A stretch of DNA of 64,000 bases from Candidatus Woesearchaeota archaeon (GTDB lineage Archaea > Nanobdellota > Nanobdellia > Pacearchaeales > GW2011-AR1), in contig CAZBPV010000004.1 of the NCBI GenBank assembly GCA_964493885.1, positions 205 through 64,204 of the forward strand, given 5' to 3'. The notes below the pieces were generated by a model. The model did no database searches, had not been told where the DNA came from, and was given only the letters and a program-made list of their open reading frames with translations. Position 1 is the stretch's first letter. Each line of letters opens with the position of its first letter. Shown here one piece after another: positions 46,705 to 54,975 of this stretch. The position numbers were made by a program, and so were the translations under genes.

Positions 46705-49700
46705 TTATATTCTAACCGGAGAATCCGGTCTGATTTCTTTTAATTTTAATCCTTGAATAGCATCCATTGTCTGAGCTCTGTCTGCTATATCCATCTTATT
46801 TCCTTCTGCTTCTTGTTCATTTTGCTCACCATTTTCTAAATCACATTTAGGGCAAAATCTATGCTCTCCTGCAAGATACCCGTGTTTAGGGCAGATTGAG
46901 AATGTTGGAGTTATTGTAAAATACGGAAGTCTGTAATTTTCTGCAATTTTTTTAACTAATTTTTTAACTCCTTCTTTTGTGAGTTTCTCCCCGATAAATC
47001 CATGGAAAACTGTTCCCCCTGTATACTGAATCTGGACATCATCCTGCAAATCTAATGCAGCAAAGATATCACTAGTAGAATTAACTGGAAGTTGAGTTGA
47101 ATTTGTATAATAAGGTTTGGCATTTCCTTCTCTAACAGCCCTTTCATTTGCAACAATTATTCTTCCAAATCTCTTTTTATCATTTCTTGCAAATCTGTAA
47201 GTAGTTCCTTCTCCAGGAGTTGCTTCAAGATTATATATATTGCCTGTTTCATTCTGGAATTCTTCAAGTTTTTCTCTCATAAATTTTAATACTTTAAGTG
47301 TGAATTCTTTTCCCTTTGGAGTTGAGATATTTTCTCCAGGCATAAAATTCATTATTGCTTCATTCATCCCAATCAAGCCAATAGTAGCAAAGTGATTCTT
47401 CCAATAATCTCCTACTTTTTGCTTTACAGCCCTGAGATAAAATTTTGAATACGGATATAACCCTCTTTCTGTAAATCTTTCAATAGCTTTTCTCTTTATT
47501 TCTAAACTTTCTTTTGCAATCTCCATTAATCTTGAGAGTCTGTTTAAAAAATCCTCTTCAGTAAGAGAAGTGAATCCAAGTCTTGGCATATTTATTGTTA
47601 CAACTCCTATGCTTCCAGTTAGAGGATTGCTTCCAAATAAACCTCCCCCTCTTTTTCTCAATTCTGTATTATCTATACGCAACCTGCAGCACATGCTTCT
47701 TGCATCTTCAGGTTTCATATCTGAATTTATGAAATTTGAAAAATACGGAATCCCATATTTAGCAGTCATATCCCAAAGAGAATCATATTCTGGATTATCC
47801 CATTCAAAATCTTTGGTTATATTATATGTGGGAATAGGGAAAGTAAATACTCTTCCATCTGCATCACCTTCAATCATTGCTTCTGCAAATGCTCTGTTAA
47901 TCATTTCCATTTCTGGTTTAAATTCTTTATAAGTTTCTTTTTGAGGTTTTCCGCCGATAATTACTGGTTCATCTTTCATATAATTTGGAACCTCTAAATC
48001 CATTGTTATGTTTGTAAATGGGGTTTGAAAACCGACTCGTGTAGGAACTGCAAGATTAAATAAAAATTCCTGCATTGATTGTTTTACTTCCTTATAACTC
48101 ATATTATCATATCTAACAAATGGAGCAAGTAATGTATCAAAATTTGAAAATGCTTGTGCTCCTGCAGTCTCTCCTTGGAGTGTATAAAAGAAATTAACTA
48201 GTTGTCCAAGAGCAGTCCTAAGATGTTTTGGAGGTTTTGAAGCAACTTTTCCAGCAACTCCTTTAAATCCTGTTACAAGCAAATCCTTTAAATCCCAGCC
48301 GACGCAGTTTCCAGAAACTACTACTTTTCCATTCCTCATAACAATTAAAGTGCTGTTTCTAACTGAAAAGTCATAGACCCTGCCAGAATATTTTTTCTTA
48401 ATAACTTTCCCACGATAAATTGGAGTTAAATGATTATTTTCAACAGACACAAGATAAATATTCATACCCTTTCTTCTTGTAATTGTTCCACAAATTCCGA
48501 TTTTTAATAAACATTCAACAACATCTTCAGCTAATTTTTTTGATTTAGTGTAATACTTTAAAAATTCTCCCTTGTTGGAGAACGACCCATCTCCTTTGAA
48601 TAAACTAGTTAAGAACATTTTAATCAACTTGGGATTAAGTTCTTTGATGTTGTCTGGCACATATTTCTCTCCAGAAACCCCAAATTTTTTGAGATAGTAG
48701 AATAAATCTTTTGAATGTAGATGAATATTAAACTCTGAAGAATTATTATGATTTAACTTCATTTTGTTTAACAGTTTTAATATCTCTTCTCTATAGCTCT
48801 TTTTTAATTGTGCGATGCTTATACGATAATCTCCTTTAGACGGTTCATAAACTGACCCTTCAGAAAGATACCATCCCATAAATTCTACATAGTCTTTTAT
48901 ATCAAAACTTCCAATATCTTTCTTGCGATTTCCTCCTTCTATTATAGGAAGGTTAAACTTTTCAGGAGATTTTCCTTCCCAAGAGACTCGCTTATCAAAT
49001 TCCATCCCATATCTAAACTCTGTTGGATTCACAAATTCCCACACTTTTTTATGTTTCTTTTTAACTAAAAGACGATGTTCTGGAGTAACACATAAAGAAA
49101 CTGCTCTTCCTTCAAAAGAATACATCTCTTTATTGTAATTATAAACTTGCTTAGCATAAGGAACTTGAAATTCCAATCTCCCTGTTTTTAGGTTTTTAGT
49201 TGCAACCTTTTCATGAGTTTTAACATCCTTAAATAACTTCCACCCATTTTCAGTTAATATCTTGGTTTTATTATCAAAGCAGTATGCGCCAAGAGTTCCT
49301 AAATCATGAATATGTAAATCACATGCTTCATGAGCTTTTCTTATTGCTTCTGGATAAATTCTTCTTATCCAATAGTTATTAATTATCTTTGTTGCAATAT
49401 AATTATTTAATCCTTGTAAAGAAAACCCCATGTTTGAATTTTCTTTTACCATCCAGTCATTTAATCCAATATAATCATCAACTACCTCAATAGTGTCAAA
49501 GAGTCCTTTAATATTTCTTAATTCTTCATGGCTTTTTCTGTAAAGAATATATGCTTTTGCTACTTTTGCATGCCCTTCTTCTATTAAGAGCTTCTCAACC
49601 ATATCCTGTACTTCTTCAACTTCTGGAATATCATTCTGCCCAAACCTCTCATCAACTTGTTTCACAAGCATATCTGAAAGTTGTTTTGACCTGTCTCTGT

Positions 49701-49803
49701 CTTTTCCTCCAACTGCTTTTGCAGCTTTCCAAATAGCTTCAGTAATTTTTTCTGCATCAAATAGAACTACACTTCCATCCCTCTTTCTTATTTTTTTCAC
49801 CAT
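46705..49803 (-). CDS. nrdD: anaerobic ribonucleoside-triphosphate reductase large chain (with intein, lacking the glycyl-radical motif)
   Basis: N-terminal ATP-cone (KRDGSVVLFDAEKI), HIHDLG..AY|C(intein)|CVGWDL, the C-terminal Zn motif CPKHG...CPKCD. The ORF then ends after a non-conserved acidic tail. Confidence 0.9.
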   Translation of the reverse strand: MVKKIRKRDGSVVLFDAEKITEAIWKAAKAVGGKDRDRSKQLSDMLVKQVDERFGQNDIPEVEEVQDMVEKLLIEEGHAKVAKAYILYRKSHEELRNIKGLFDTIEVVDDYIGLNDWMVKENSNMGFSLQGLNNYIATKIINNYWIRRIYPEAIRKAHEACDLHIHDLGTLGAYCFDNKTKILTENGWKLFKDVKTHEKVATKNLKTGRLEFQVPYAKQVYNYNKEMYSFEGRAVSLCVTPEHRLLVKKKHKKVWEFVNPTEFRYGMEFDKRVSWEGKSPEKFNLPIIEGGNRKKDIGSFDIKDYVEFMGWYLSEGSVYEPSKGDYRISIAQLKKSYREEILKLLNKMKLNHNNSSEFNIHLHSKDLFYYLKKFGVSGEKYVPDNIKELNPKLIKMFLTSLFKGDGSFSNKGEFLKYYTKSKKLAEDVVECLLKIGICGTITRRKGMNIYLVSVENNHLTPIYRGKVIKKKYSGRVYDFSVRNSTLIVMRNGKVVVSGNCVGWDLKDLLVTGFKGVAGKVASKPPKHLRTALGQLVNFFYTLQGETAGAQAFSNFDTLLAPFVRYDNMSYKEVKQSMQEFLFNLAVPTRVGFQTPFTNITMDLEVPNYMKDEPVIIGGKPQKETYKEFKPEMEMINRAFAEAMIEGDADGRVFTFPIPTYNITKDFEWDNPEYDSLWDMTAKYGIPYFSNFINSDMKPEDARSMCCRLRIDNTELRKRGGGLFGSNPLTGSIGVVTINMPRLGFTSLTEEDFLNRLSRLMEIAKESLEIKRKAIERFTERGLYPYSKFYLRAVKQKVGDYWKNHFATIGLIGMNEAIMNFMPGENISTPKGKEFTLKVLKFMREKLEEFQNETGNIYNLEATPGEGTTYRFARNDKKRFGRIIVANERAVREGNAKPYYTNSTQLPVNSTSDIFAALDLQDDVQIQYTGGTVFHGFIGEKLTKEGVKKLVKKIAENYRLPYFTITPTFSICPKHGYLAGEHRFCPKCDLENGEQNEQEAEGNKMDIADRAQTMDAIQGLKLKEIRPDSPVRI
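48307..49281 (-). mobile_element. intein (325 aa) with LAGLIDADG endonuclease domain in NrdD
   Basis: Starts at Cys175 (CFDNKTKIL) and has block B TPEH. LAGLIDADG blocks are FMGWYLSEGSV and FLTSLFKGDGS. Ends VVSGN, followed by +1 Cys. Removing it restores AYCVGWDL. Confidence 0.8.
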
Positions 49804-49821
49804 TTTTTATTAATATTTTAT

Positions 49822-50190
49822 TTATTTAACAATCTTTTTAGCCTGCTCATCACCACTCCACTTAATCATGCTTCCACCTCTTCTTGCATCTTCAATAGTA
49901 AAACCATTAGGGTACCTTTGCCTTAATTTTTCAATATTTTGCTCTAATATTTCTTGCATATCCCACTTAAAAAAATTGCAGATCATAGCAGCATACCAAA
50001 GCATATCCCCAAGATTCTCTTTAATGCCATCTTTCACATCATTTTTATGAGCAAAAGTTTTTTTGATGCAAGAAGCAACATCTCCTGCCTCCCCTGTTAT
50101 CCCTAATCCCCAAGTAGCTATTTCAATCTCAGGGTTTTCAAATTTCTTTGCAGTTAATTTAGCAACCTCTTGATACTCTTTTAAATTCAT
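49822..50190 (-). CDS. MazG-like nucleoside triphosphate pyrophosphohydrolase
   Basis: GLGITGEAGDV...ENLGDMLWY EExxE/D-type helical NTP-PPase motifs. 4-nt overlap with nrdR. Confidence 0.7.
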   Translation of the reverse strand: MNLKEYQEVAKLTAKKFENPEIEIATWGLGITGEAGDVASCIKKTFAHKNDVKDGIKENLGDMLWYAAMICNFFKWDMQEILEQNIEKLRQRYPNGFTIEDARRGGSMIKWSGDEQAKKIVK

Positions 50191-50633
50191 TCTATATTTA
50201 TCTCCTTTAATTCCTTTTTAAAATCTTGTATATCCTGAAAGTCACGATAGACTGATGCAAATCTTATGTAAGCAACATTGTCTATTTTCTTTATTTTTTT
50301 AATAACCATTTCTCCTATTAAGGAACTGTTAATCTCTTTTTTCCCTTTTTTTCTAAGTGCATCTTCAATATCATCTACTATTTTTTCTATTTTTTCTTTA
50401 GATATTGGACGCTTTTCAAATGCTTTTTCAATGCCTTTTTTTAGTTTTTCTCTTTCAAACTTCTCTCTTCTGCCATCTTTTTTTATTACATATAAATCTT
50501 CATGGCTTATTTTTTCATAAGTAGTGTATCTTTTTTTGCAACCCAAGCACTCTCTCCTTCTTCTTATCCCTTCTGGAGAACTTCGTTTATCAGTTACTTT
50601 TGATTCAATGCTTGAGCAAAAAGGACAGTCCAT
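50187..50633 (-). CDS. nrdR: NrdR-type transcriptional repressor (Zn ribbon plus ATP-cone)
   Basis: CPFC...RRRRECLGCKKRYTTYE Zn ribbon, and the ATP-cone with VAYIRFASVYRDF. Confidence 0.85.
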   Translation of the reverse strand: MDCPFCSSIESKVTDKRSSPEGIRRRRECLGCKKRYTTYEKISHEDLYVIKKDGRREKFEREKLKKGIEKAFEKRPISKEKIEKIVDDIEDALRKKGKKEINSSLIGEMVIKKIKKIDNVAYIRFASVYRDFQDIQDFKKELKEINIE

Positions 50634-50670
50634 TTTTGTTTGTTTTTGTAAGGGCCCCTTACCCTTTATT

Positions 50671-50686
50671 ATACAATATGTTGTAT
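50671..50686. promoter_or_regulatory. NrdR-box-like palindrome overlapping the nrdR promoter
   Basis: ATACAATATGTTGTAT matches 13 of 16 positions of the acaCwAtATaTwGtgt consensus. It lies 38-53 nt upstream of the nrdR ATG, adjacent to an AT-rich TATA-like stretch. Confidence 0.5.
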
Positions 50687-50840
50687 ATGGAAACCTTTTA
50701 GGTTACCATTACTTGTAGAATAGAGAATTAAATCACAAGAAGTATTTAAAGGTTTATAACCATCAAAAAGTAACATAACAATAAGTTTTATAAACTATAG
50801 ACACTATACTTATTATAGATAACATAGAGTCTATAGATAC

Positions 50841-50963
50841 ATGGAGAGAACAAGCATACAGATTTCAAGAGAGTTTAGGGACTGGCTTGAGTCAAAAGGC
50901 AAGAAAGGAGAAAGTTTTGAGGATATTATAAAAAGATTATTAGGTGTAAAATGCAAAAAATGA
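50841..50963 (+). CDS. small RHH-like ORF (40 aa)
   Basis: Own translation: MERTSIQISREFRDWLESKGKKGESFEDIIKRLLGVKCKK. TTTATAAA at 50787-50794, and the inverted repeat CTATAGAC/GTCTATAG (50795-50802 / 50829-50836) between TATA and ATG. Confidence 0.4.
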   Translation: MERTSIQISREFRDWLESKGKKGESFEDIIKRLLGVKCKK

Positions 50964-51096
50964 TTTTATATTTTTCAGTAAATAACTTTACTATTAATGC
51001 AGTTTAAGAAATAGGAAATTTACCATAGGAAGCCCATTGGGATTTTTTAACCTGGGCTTTCCCAACATTTTTAAATAAGATTAATTTTATTCTTTT

Positions 51097-51357
51097 ATGG
51101 CATATGACATGTCATCTATTGCAAATCAATTAGGAATAAGTATATGGTTAATGATTCCTATTTTATTTTGGTCTTTAGCTTGGAAACTTGCAGCATTATG
51201 GAAATCAGCTAGAAAAAGTTCTATAATTTGGTTTGTTGTATTAGGAGTAGTTAATACAATGGGAATACTAGAGATACTTTATATCTTTATTTTTTCTGAG
51301 TGGGACAGCAAACCAATGCCAAAAAAAAGTGCTAAGAAAAAGTCTAGGAAAAAATAA
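51097..51357 (+). CDS. small membrane protein (DUF5652-like)
   Basis: WKLAALWKSARK...WFVVLGVVNTMGILEILYIF pattern and a Lys-rich tail. Confidence 0.45.
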   Translation: MAYDMSSIANQLGISIWLMIPILFWSLAWKLAALWKSARKSSIIWFVVLGVVNTMGILEILYIFIFSEWDSKPMPKKSAKKKSRKK

Positions 51358-52170
51358 TTATATCCTCATTAACTGGCATTTCTTGCAGATTTTGTTTCTT
51401 GATGGCTCTCCGCAAATCTCGCAGTAATTAATTCTTGTATCTTTTGTCTTTTGAATCTTATCATCAAGTTCTTCAAAATTCTTTATTATGTTCTTTTTGT
51501 CCTTGTTTGATAAGGTGTTAAGAAATTCTCTAACCTGTATTCTATAAGAATCAATTGCACACGGGCATTTTTCATAAATTACTGGGAGATTCATTTTTTT
51601 TGAGTATTTTCTAACTTCATCTTCAGGAATATAAAATAATGGCTTGATTCTTGGAGTAAATTTTTTTGACATAATGTTTTTGCTTATAGCTCCAACATTA
51701 GCACTCAAGTTCGGAGAGCCCTTGAATATATTCATTAAAAAAGTCTGTGCCTCGTCATCTAAGTTATGCCCTGTTGCAATCTTATCTGCTTTTAATTGCC
51801 TTACTTTATTGTTAATTATCCATTTTTTTATAACTCCGCAAATTGCACAATTCTTGATTACTCCCTTTGCCCTTTCTTGAATTCCGCTTCTTAAATAACA
51901 CATAGAGCTACCCATTTCTTTTTGAATGTCATAAACATGCAATTTTAAATTCAACTGGCTGCATAATTCTTTCACAGCTTCAAGGCATCTGTCGCTATAT
52001 CCTTTAATCTTCAAATTAATATGAAATCCTTCTATATCATATCCATTCTTTTTTAATAGATAAGCAACAACTGTAGAGTCTTTCCCTCCAGACATAGCTA
52101 CAATTATCTTGTCTTTTTTTGATAATTTTATTTTCTTCAGAGTTTCAAGAACTTTTATCTCAATATCCAT
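51358..52170 (-). CDS. PP-loop ATPase, tRNA 2-thiolation enzyme (TtuA/NcsA/TtcA family)
   Basis: SGGKDS PP-loop, CAICG, GHNLDDEAQT, C-terminal CEICG...CKKC Zn finger. Confidence 0.75.
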   Translation of the reverse strand: MDIEIKVLETLKKIKLSKKDKIIVAMSGGKDSTVVAYLLKKNGYDIEGFHINLKIKGYSDRCLEAVKELCSQLNLKLHVYDIQKEMGSSMCYLRSGIQERAKGVIKNCAICGVIKKWIINNKVRQLKADKIATGHNLDDEAQTFLMNIFKGSPNLSANVGAISKNIMSKKFTPRIKPLFYIPEDEVRKYSKKMNLPVIYEKCPCAIDSYRIQVREFLNTLSNKDKKNIIKNFEELDDKIQKTKDTRINYCEICGEPSRNKICKKCQLMRI

Positions 52171-52194
52171 GTAAATAAATAGAATAAGTGTTTT

Positions 52195-52761
52195 TTATCT
52201 CTTTCCTATTGGCAATTTTCTGCAATGTTCATGTATTTTTATCTCTTTTAACAATGCATCATACTTTTCAAACCTAGCTTCCCAGTAAGATTTTTCTCCT
52301 AACCCTGTAAATCTCTCTTTATTATACTCACATCCACTCATTTTTCCTTTTCCAGGCAAATGTCTTGATTCAGTCCATAATTGTTTTGGATTATAAAATA
52401 ATGTAAAATGATAATTTCTAAAGTTCTCTGTTTCAATTCCCCCAACAACAGGAATATTCGAAAAGTCATAAACATCTAATACAGAATCTTTTGGTTTTAA
52501 TAAATTTTCAAGCATTTTTATTCTTTCAGGATTTAAATCTTGAATAAATAACTCTATTTTAGCCCCAATATTTATCCATCTCTGAAACAAATTTTTCCAT
52601 CTGTCCCCAAAAATACCAAAGACAGGAGATTTAGCTAAGTCAAATTCAAGCATACTAATCCTTGAATCCTTTTTTACATCAGCTTCATCCCCAATAGATG
52701 TTGGGGTATATTTTCTAGTGCTTTCTGCAAAACCTTTAACGTCAAATATAGCATTTATCAT
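52195..52761 (-). CDS. hypothetical protein
   Basis: 188-aa ORF with TTTATAAA at 52783-52790. No recognised motif. Confidence 0.4.
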   Translation of the reverse strand: MINAIFDVKGFAESTRKYTPTSIGDEADVKKDSRISMLEFDLAKSPVFGIFGDRWKNLFQRWINIGAKIELFIQDLNPERIKMLENLLKPKDSVLDVYDFSNIPVVGGIETENFRNYHFTLFYNPKQLWTESRHLPGKGKMSGCEYNKERFTGLGEKSYWEARFEKYDALLKEIKIHEHCRKLPIGKR

Positions 52762-52850
52762 TATTAAGAAGAAATAATTTTATTTATAAATCTTATCTTT
52801 TTGTCACTACTAAAAAGAAATAAAGAAAAAAGAAAAGTAAGCCCGAAGGT

Positions 52851-53054
52851 CTACTTTCCGCAGTTACAACTTCCGCCATTAATTGCTCCGCAAGTCTTCA
52901 ATCTGCAATTGCTGTCAGCACTGCATGAATTCCCGCAACTTGAGCAACTAACTATTTTGGGCTCTTCTGCCATGACACTTGTTGCATTCGCAATCACAAC
53001 ACCAGCCACAGCCAATAAACCCAAGGCAATCAATGCTATCATCCATATATTCAT
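52851..53054 (-). CDS. small secreted or membrane-anchored Cys-rich peptide
   Basis: Hydrophobic N-terminus (MNIWMIALIALGLLAVAGVVIANA), then 7 Cys in the last 31 aa (CSSCGNSCSADSNCRLKTCGAINGGSCNCGK). The start is moved to Met5 because GGAGGT lies 4 nt upstream of it. Confidence 0.45.
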   Translation of the reverse strand: MNIWMIALIALGLLAVAGVVIANATSVMAEEPKIVSCSSCGNSCSADSNCRLKTCGAINGGSCNCGK

Positions 53055-53187
53055 ATTAACCTCCATAGTTTAATTAAAAAACCTAAAGTAATCTTTATTA
53101 TATCTGCTTTGGAGAAACTAGTTTCATTATCTATGGAAACTCATAGTTCCCCTGATATGCTTCTCTTTAATTACCTCTGATGATGGT

Positions 53188-53670
53188 TTATCTTAGAACG
53201 ATTATATTATTCATTCCACGTCTTTTCCTCTCAATTAATTGCTTTGCCTCAAGCTTGTCAAGAAGTCTTGTAATTCCTACTTTTCCAACTCCAAGCTTTT
53301 CCATCATTGTCCTCTGAAAAACAGCACCATTTTCATCCTGAAGCATCTTAACAACTTCTTTTTCTTTGCTGTCCAATCCAGACAAATCAATTTTCTTTTT
53401 CTTTTCTTTGATTTTTCTGATAATTAATCTTTCCTTTGGTTTTGCCAGCATAATTATTATTCCAATAGCAAGAATAACTCCTGCAATTGCCAAACTTATC
53501 CAACTCTGCACGGCAATTGTATCATACATAGAACATGTTGGTCCGTGAGTGCAAGTTTCTCCAACGATGTTCTTTAAACCAGTATTAAATATAGATATAA
53601 TAACTCCGATTATGATAGAAATTCCAATAATTATCCAACCAACTAGTTTATTTTCCATTTTTATCTTCAT
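53188..53670 (-). CDS. membrane-anchored winged-HTH (MarR-like) protein with an extracytoplasmic CxxxxxC loop
   Basis: Two TM helices flank ETCTHGPTCSMYD. The C-terminal part, EKEVVKMLQDENGAVFQRTMMEKLGVGKVGITRLLDKLEAKQLIERKRRG, is wHTH-like. Confidence 0.55.
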   Translation of the reverse strand: MKIKMENKLVGWIIIGISIIIGVIISIFNTGLKNIVGETCTHGPTCSMYDTIAVQSWISLAIAGVILAIGIIIMLAKPKERLIIRKIKEKKKKIDLSGLDSKEKEVVKMLQDENGAVFQRTMMEKLGVGKVGITRLLDKLEAKQLIERKRRGMNNIIVLR

Positions 53671-54037
53671 AATCCTTAATTGCTAATCTTAATGCATTAA
53701 TTGCCATGTCAGAGCAATGCATCTTTAACGGAGGCAGTCCTTTTAGAGATTTAGCAATATCTTTCATTGTTAATTTCTCAGCTTCTGAGATTTTCTTTCC
53801 TTTTGCAAGAACAGTAAGCATAGAAGCAGTTGCAATTGCAGCAGCACACCCAAATGTCTTGAATTTTATATCTTTAATTCTTTCATTTTTATCCACATTA
53901 ATATAAATCCACATAATATCCCCACAAATAGGATTCCCTATTTTTCCGATTCCATCTGGATGTTTTATCTCCCCCATATTTTTCGGATGCATAAAATGTT
54001 CCATTACTTCTTTTGAATAAATAATATTGTTTGTCAT
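53648..54037 (-). CDS. iscU: Fe-S cluster scaffold protein IscU/NifU-like
   Basis: NPICGD, FGCAAAIA and HCS conserved Cys motifs. Confidence 0.85.
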   Translation of the reverse strand: MTNNIIYSKEVMEHFMHPKNMGEIKHPDGIGKIGNPICGDIMWIYINVDKNERIKDIKFKTFGCAAAIATASMLTVLAKGKKISEAEKLTMKDIAKSLKGLPPLKMHCSDMAINALRLAIKDYEDKNGK

Positions 54038-54038
54038 T

Positions 54039-54236
54039 TTATTTTTTATTTAACTCCTTGACTATTTTTTTAATTTCTTCTTCACTCATGCCATGAGCTA
54101 AACAACCCTGTTCAATTGTTTCTTGCATTGCCATAGGACATCCAATGCAGTGCATTCCAACTTCAATAAGAAGCCTTGCTGCCTCTGGCTTTTTCATAAG
54201 TATTTCACTCATCTTAGTTTTCTTTGTTATTTTCAT
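54039..54236 (-). CDS. DUF1858-type small redox-disulfide domain protein
   Basis: 65 aa with MHCIGCPMA...ETIEQGCLAHG, typical of the hybrid-cluster-protein-associated redox disulfide domain. Confidence 0.6.
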   Translation of the reverse strand: MKITKKTKMSEILMKKPEAARLLIEVGMHCIGCPMAMQETIEQGCLAHGMSEEEIKKIVKELNKK

Positions 54237-54970
54237 TTTAATGCTTCTATCTTTAAACTCTCAAGTGCAATTCCAGCGTATTGGGTCTTACTAATATTTT
54301 TATCTTCATTAAGTAGGTTAATCTTAAAGCCTGCTTTTTTTATTTTATTAATATAATCTTGTTTTTGTAGTGCTCCTGCAACGCATCCATACAATAATCT
54401 TTCATCTTTTTTTTGTTTTGGGCTAAGCTCTTGTAATAAAACAATATCTGAAACATACATTCTCCCTTGTTTTTTTAAAACCCTGTATGCTTCTGAAAAT
54501 ACTTTATCTTTATTTGGAGCAAGATTGATCACACAATTACTTATTACAACATCTATAGAATTATCTTCTAAATGTAAATCCTCTATATCTCCTAGTTTAA
54601 ATTCTACATTATTATAATTATATTTTATAGCATTTGACTTTGCTTTTTTTATCATTTCTGGAGTCATGTCAACACCAATTACTTTTCCTTTTTTTCCAAC
54701 CTTCTTTGCAGCTAAAAAAGCATCAAATCCAGCACCACTCCCCAAATCCAAAACAACATATCCTGATTTAATTTTTCCAAGCGCAGTAGGATTACCACAC
54801 CCAAGCCCCATATTAGCATCTTCAAACTTTTTTATGTTTTTATTTGAATAACCTATTTGTTTAGCAATTTCTTCCTTAGATGAATTACATCCACATTGAC
54901 AAGAACATTTTTTAATGGCTATCTTTGAATAAGCATCTTTTATAATTTTTTTTATTTCTTGTTTTTTCAT
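54233..54970 (-). CDS. arsM: arsenite methyltransferase-like SAM-dependent methyltransferase
   Basis: GLGCGNPTA, VLDLGSGAGFD, GVDMTPEM, ISNCVINL and an N-terminal Cys cluster (CSCQCGC). Confidence 0.7.
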   Translation of the reverse strand: MKKQEIKKIIKDAYSKIAIKKCSCQCGCNSSKEEIAKQIGYSNKNIKKFEDANMGLGCGNPTALGKIKSGYVVLDLGSGAGFDAFLAAKKVGKKGKVIGVDMTPEMIKKAKSNAIKYNYNNVEFKLGDIEDLHLEDNSIDVVISNCVINLAPNKDKVFSEAYRVLKKQGRMYVSDIVLLQELSPKQKKDERLLYGCVAGALQKQDYINKIKKAGFKINLLNEDKNISKTQYAGIALESLKIEALK

Positions 54971-54975
54971 TTTAA

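Noticed and set aside
52801-53073. 90-aa plus-strand ORF opposite the Cys-rich peptide gene.
   Set aside because: It has no SD and a Pro/Gln/Leu-rich low-complexity product. The minus-strand frame has GGAGGT + ATG, a clean hydrophobic leader and a patterned Cys-rich tail. The choice is not proven.
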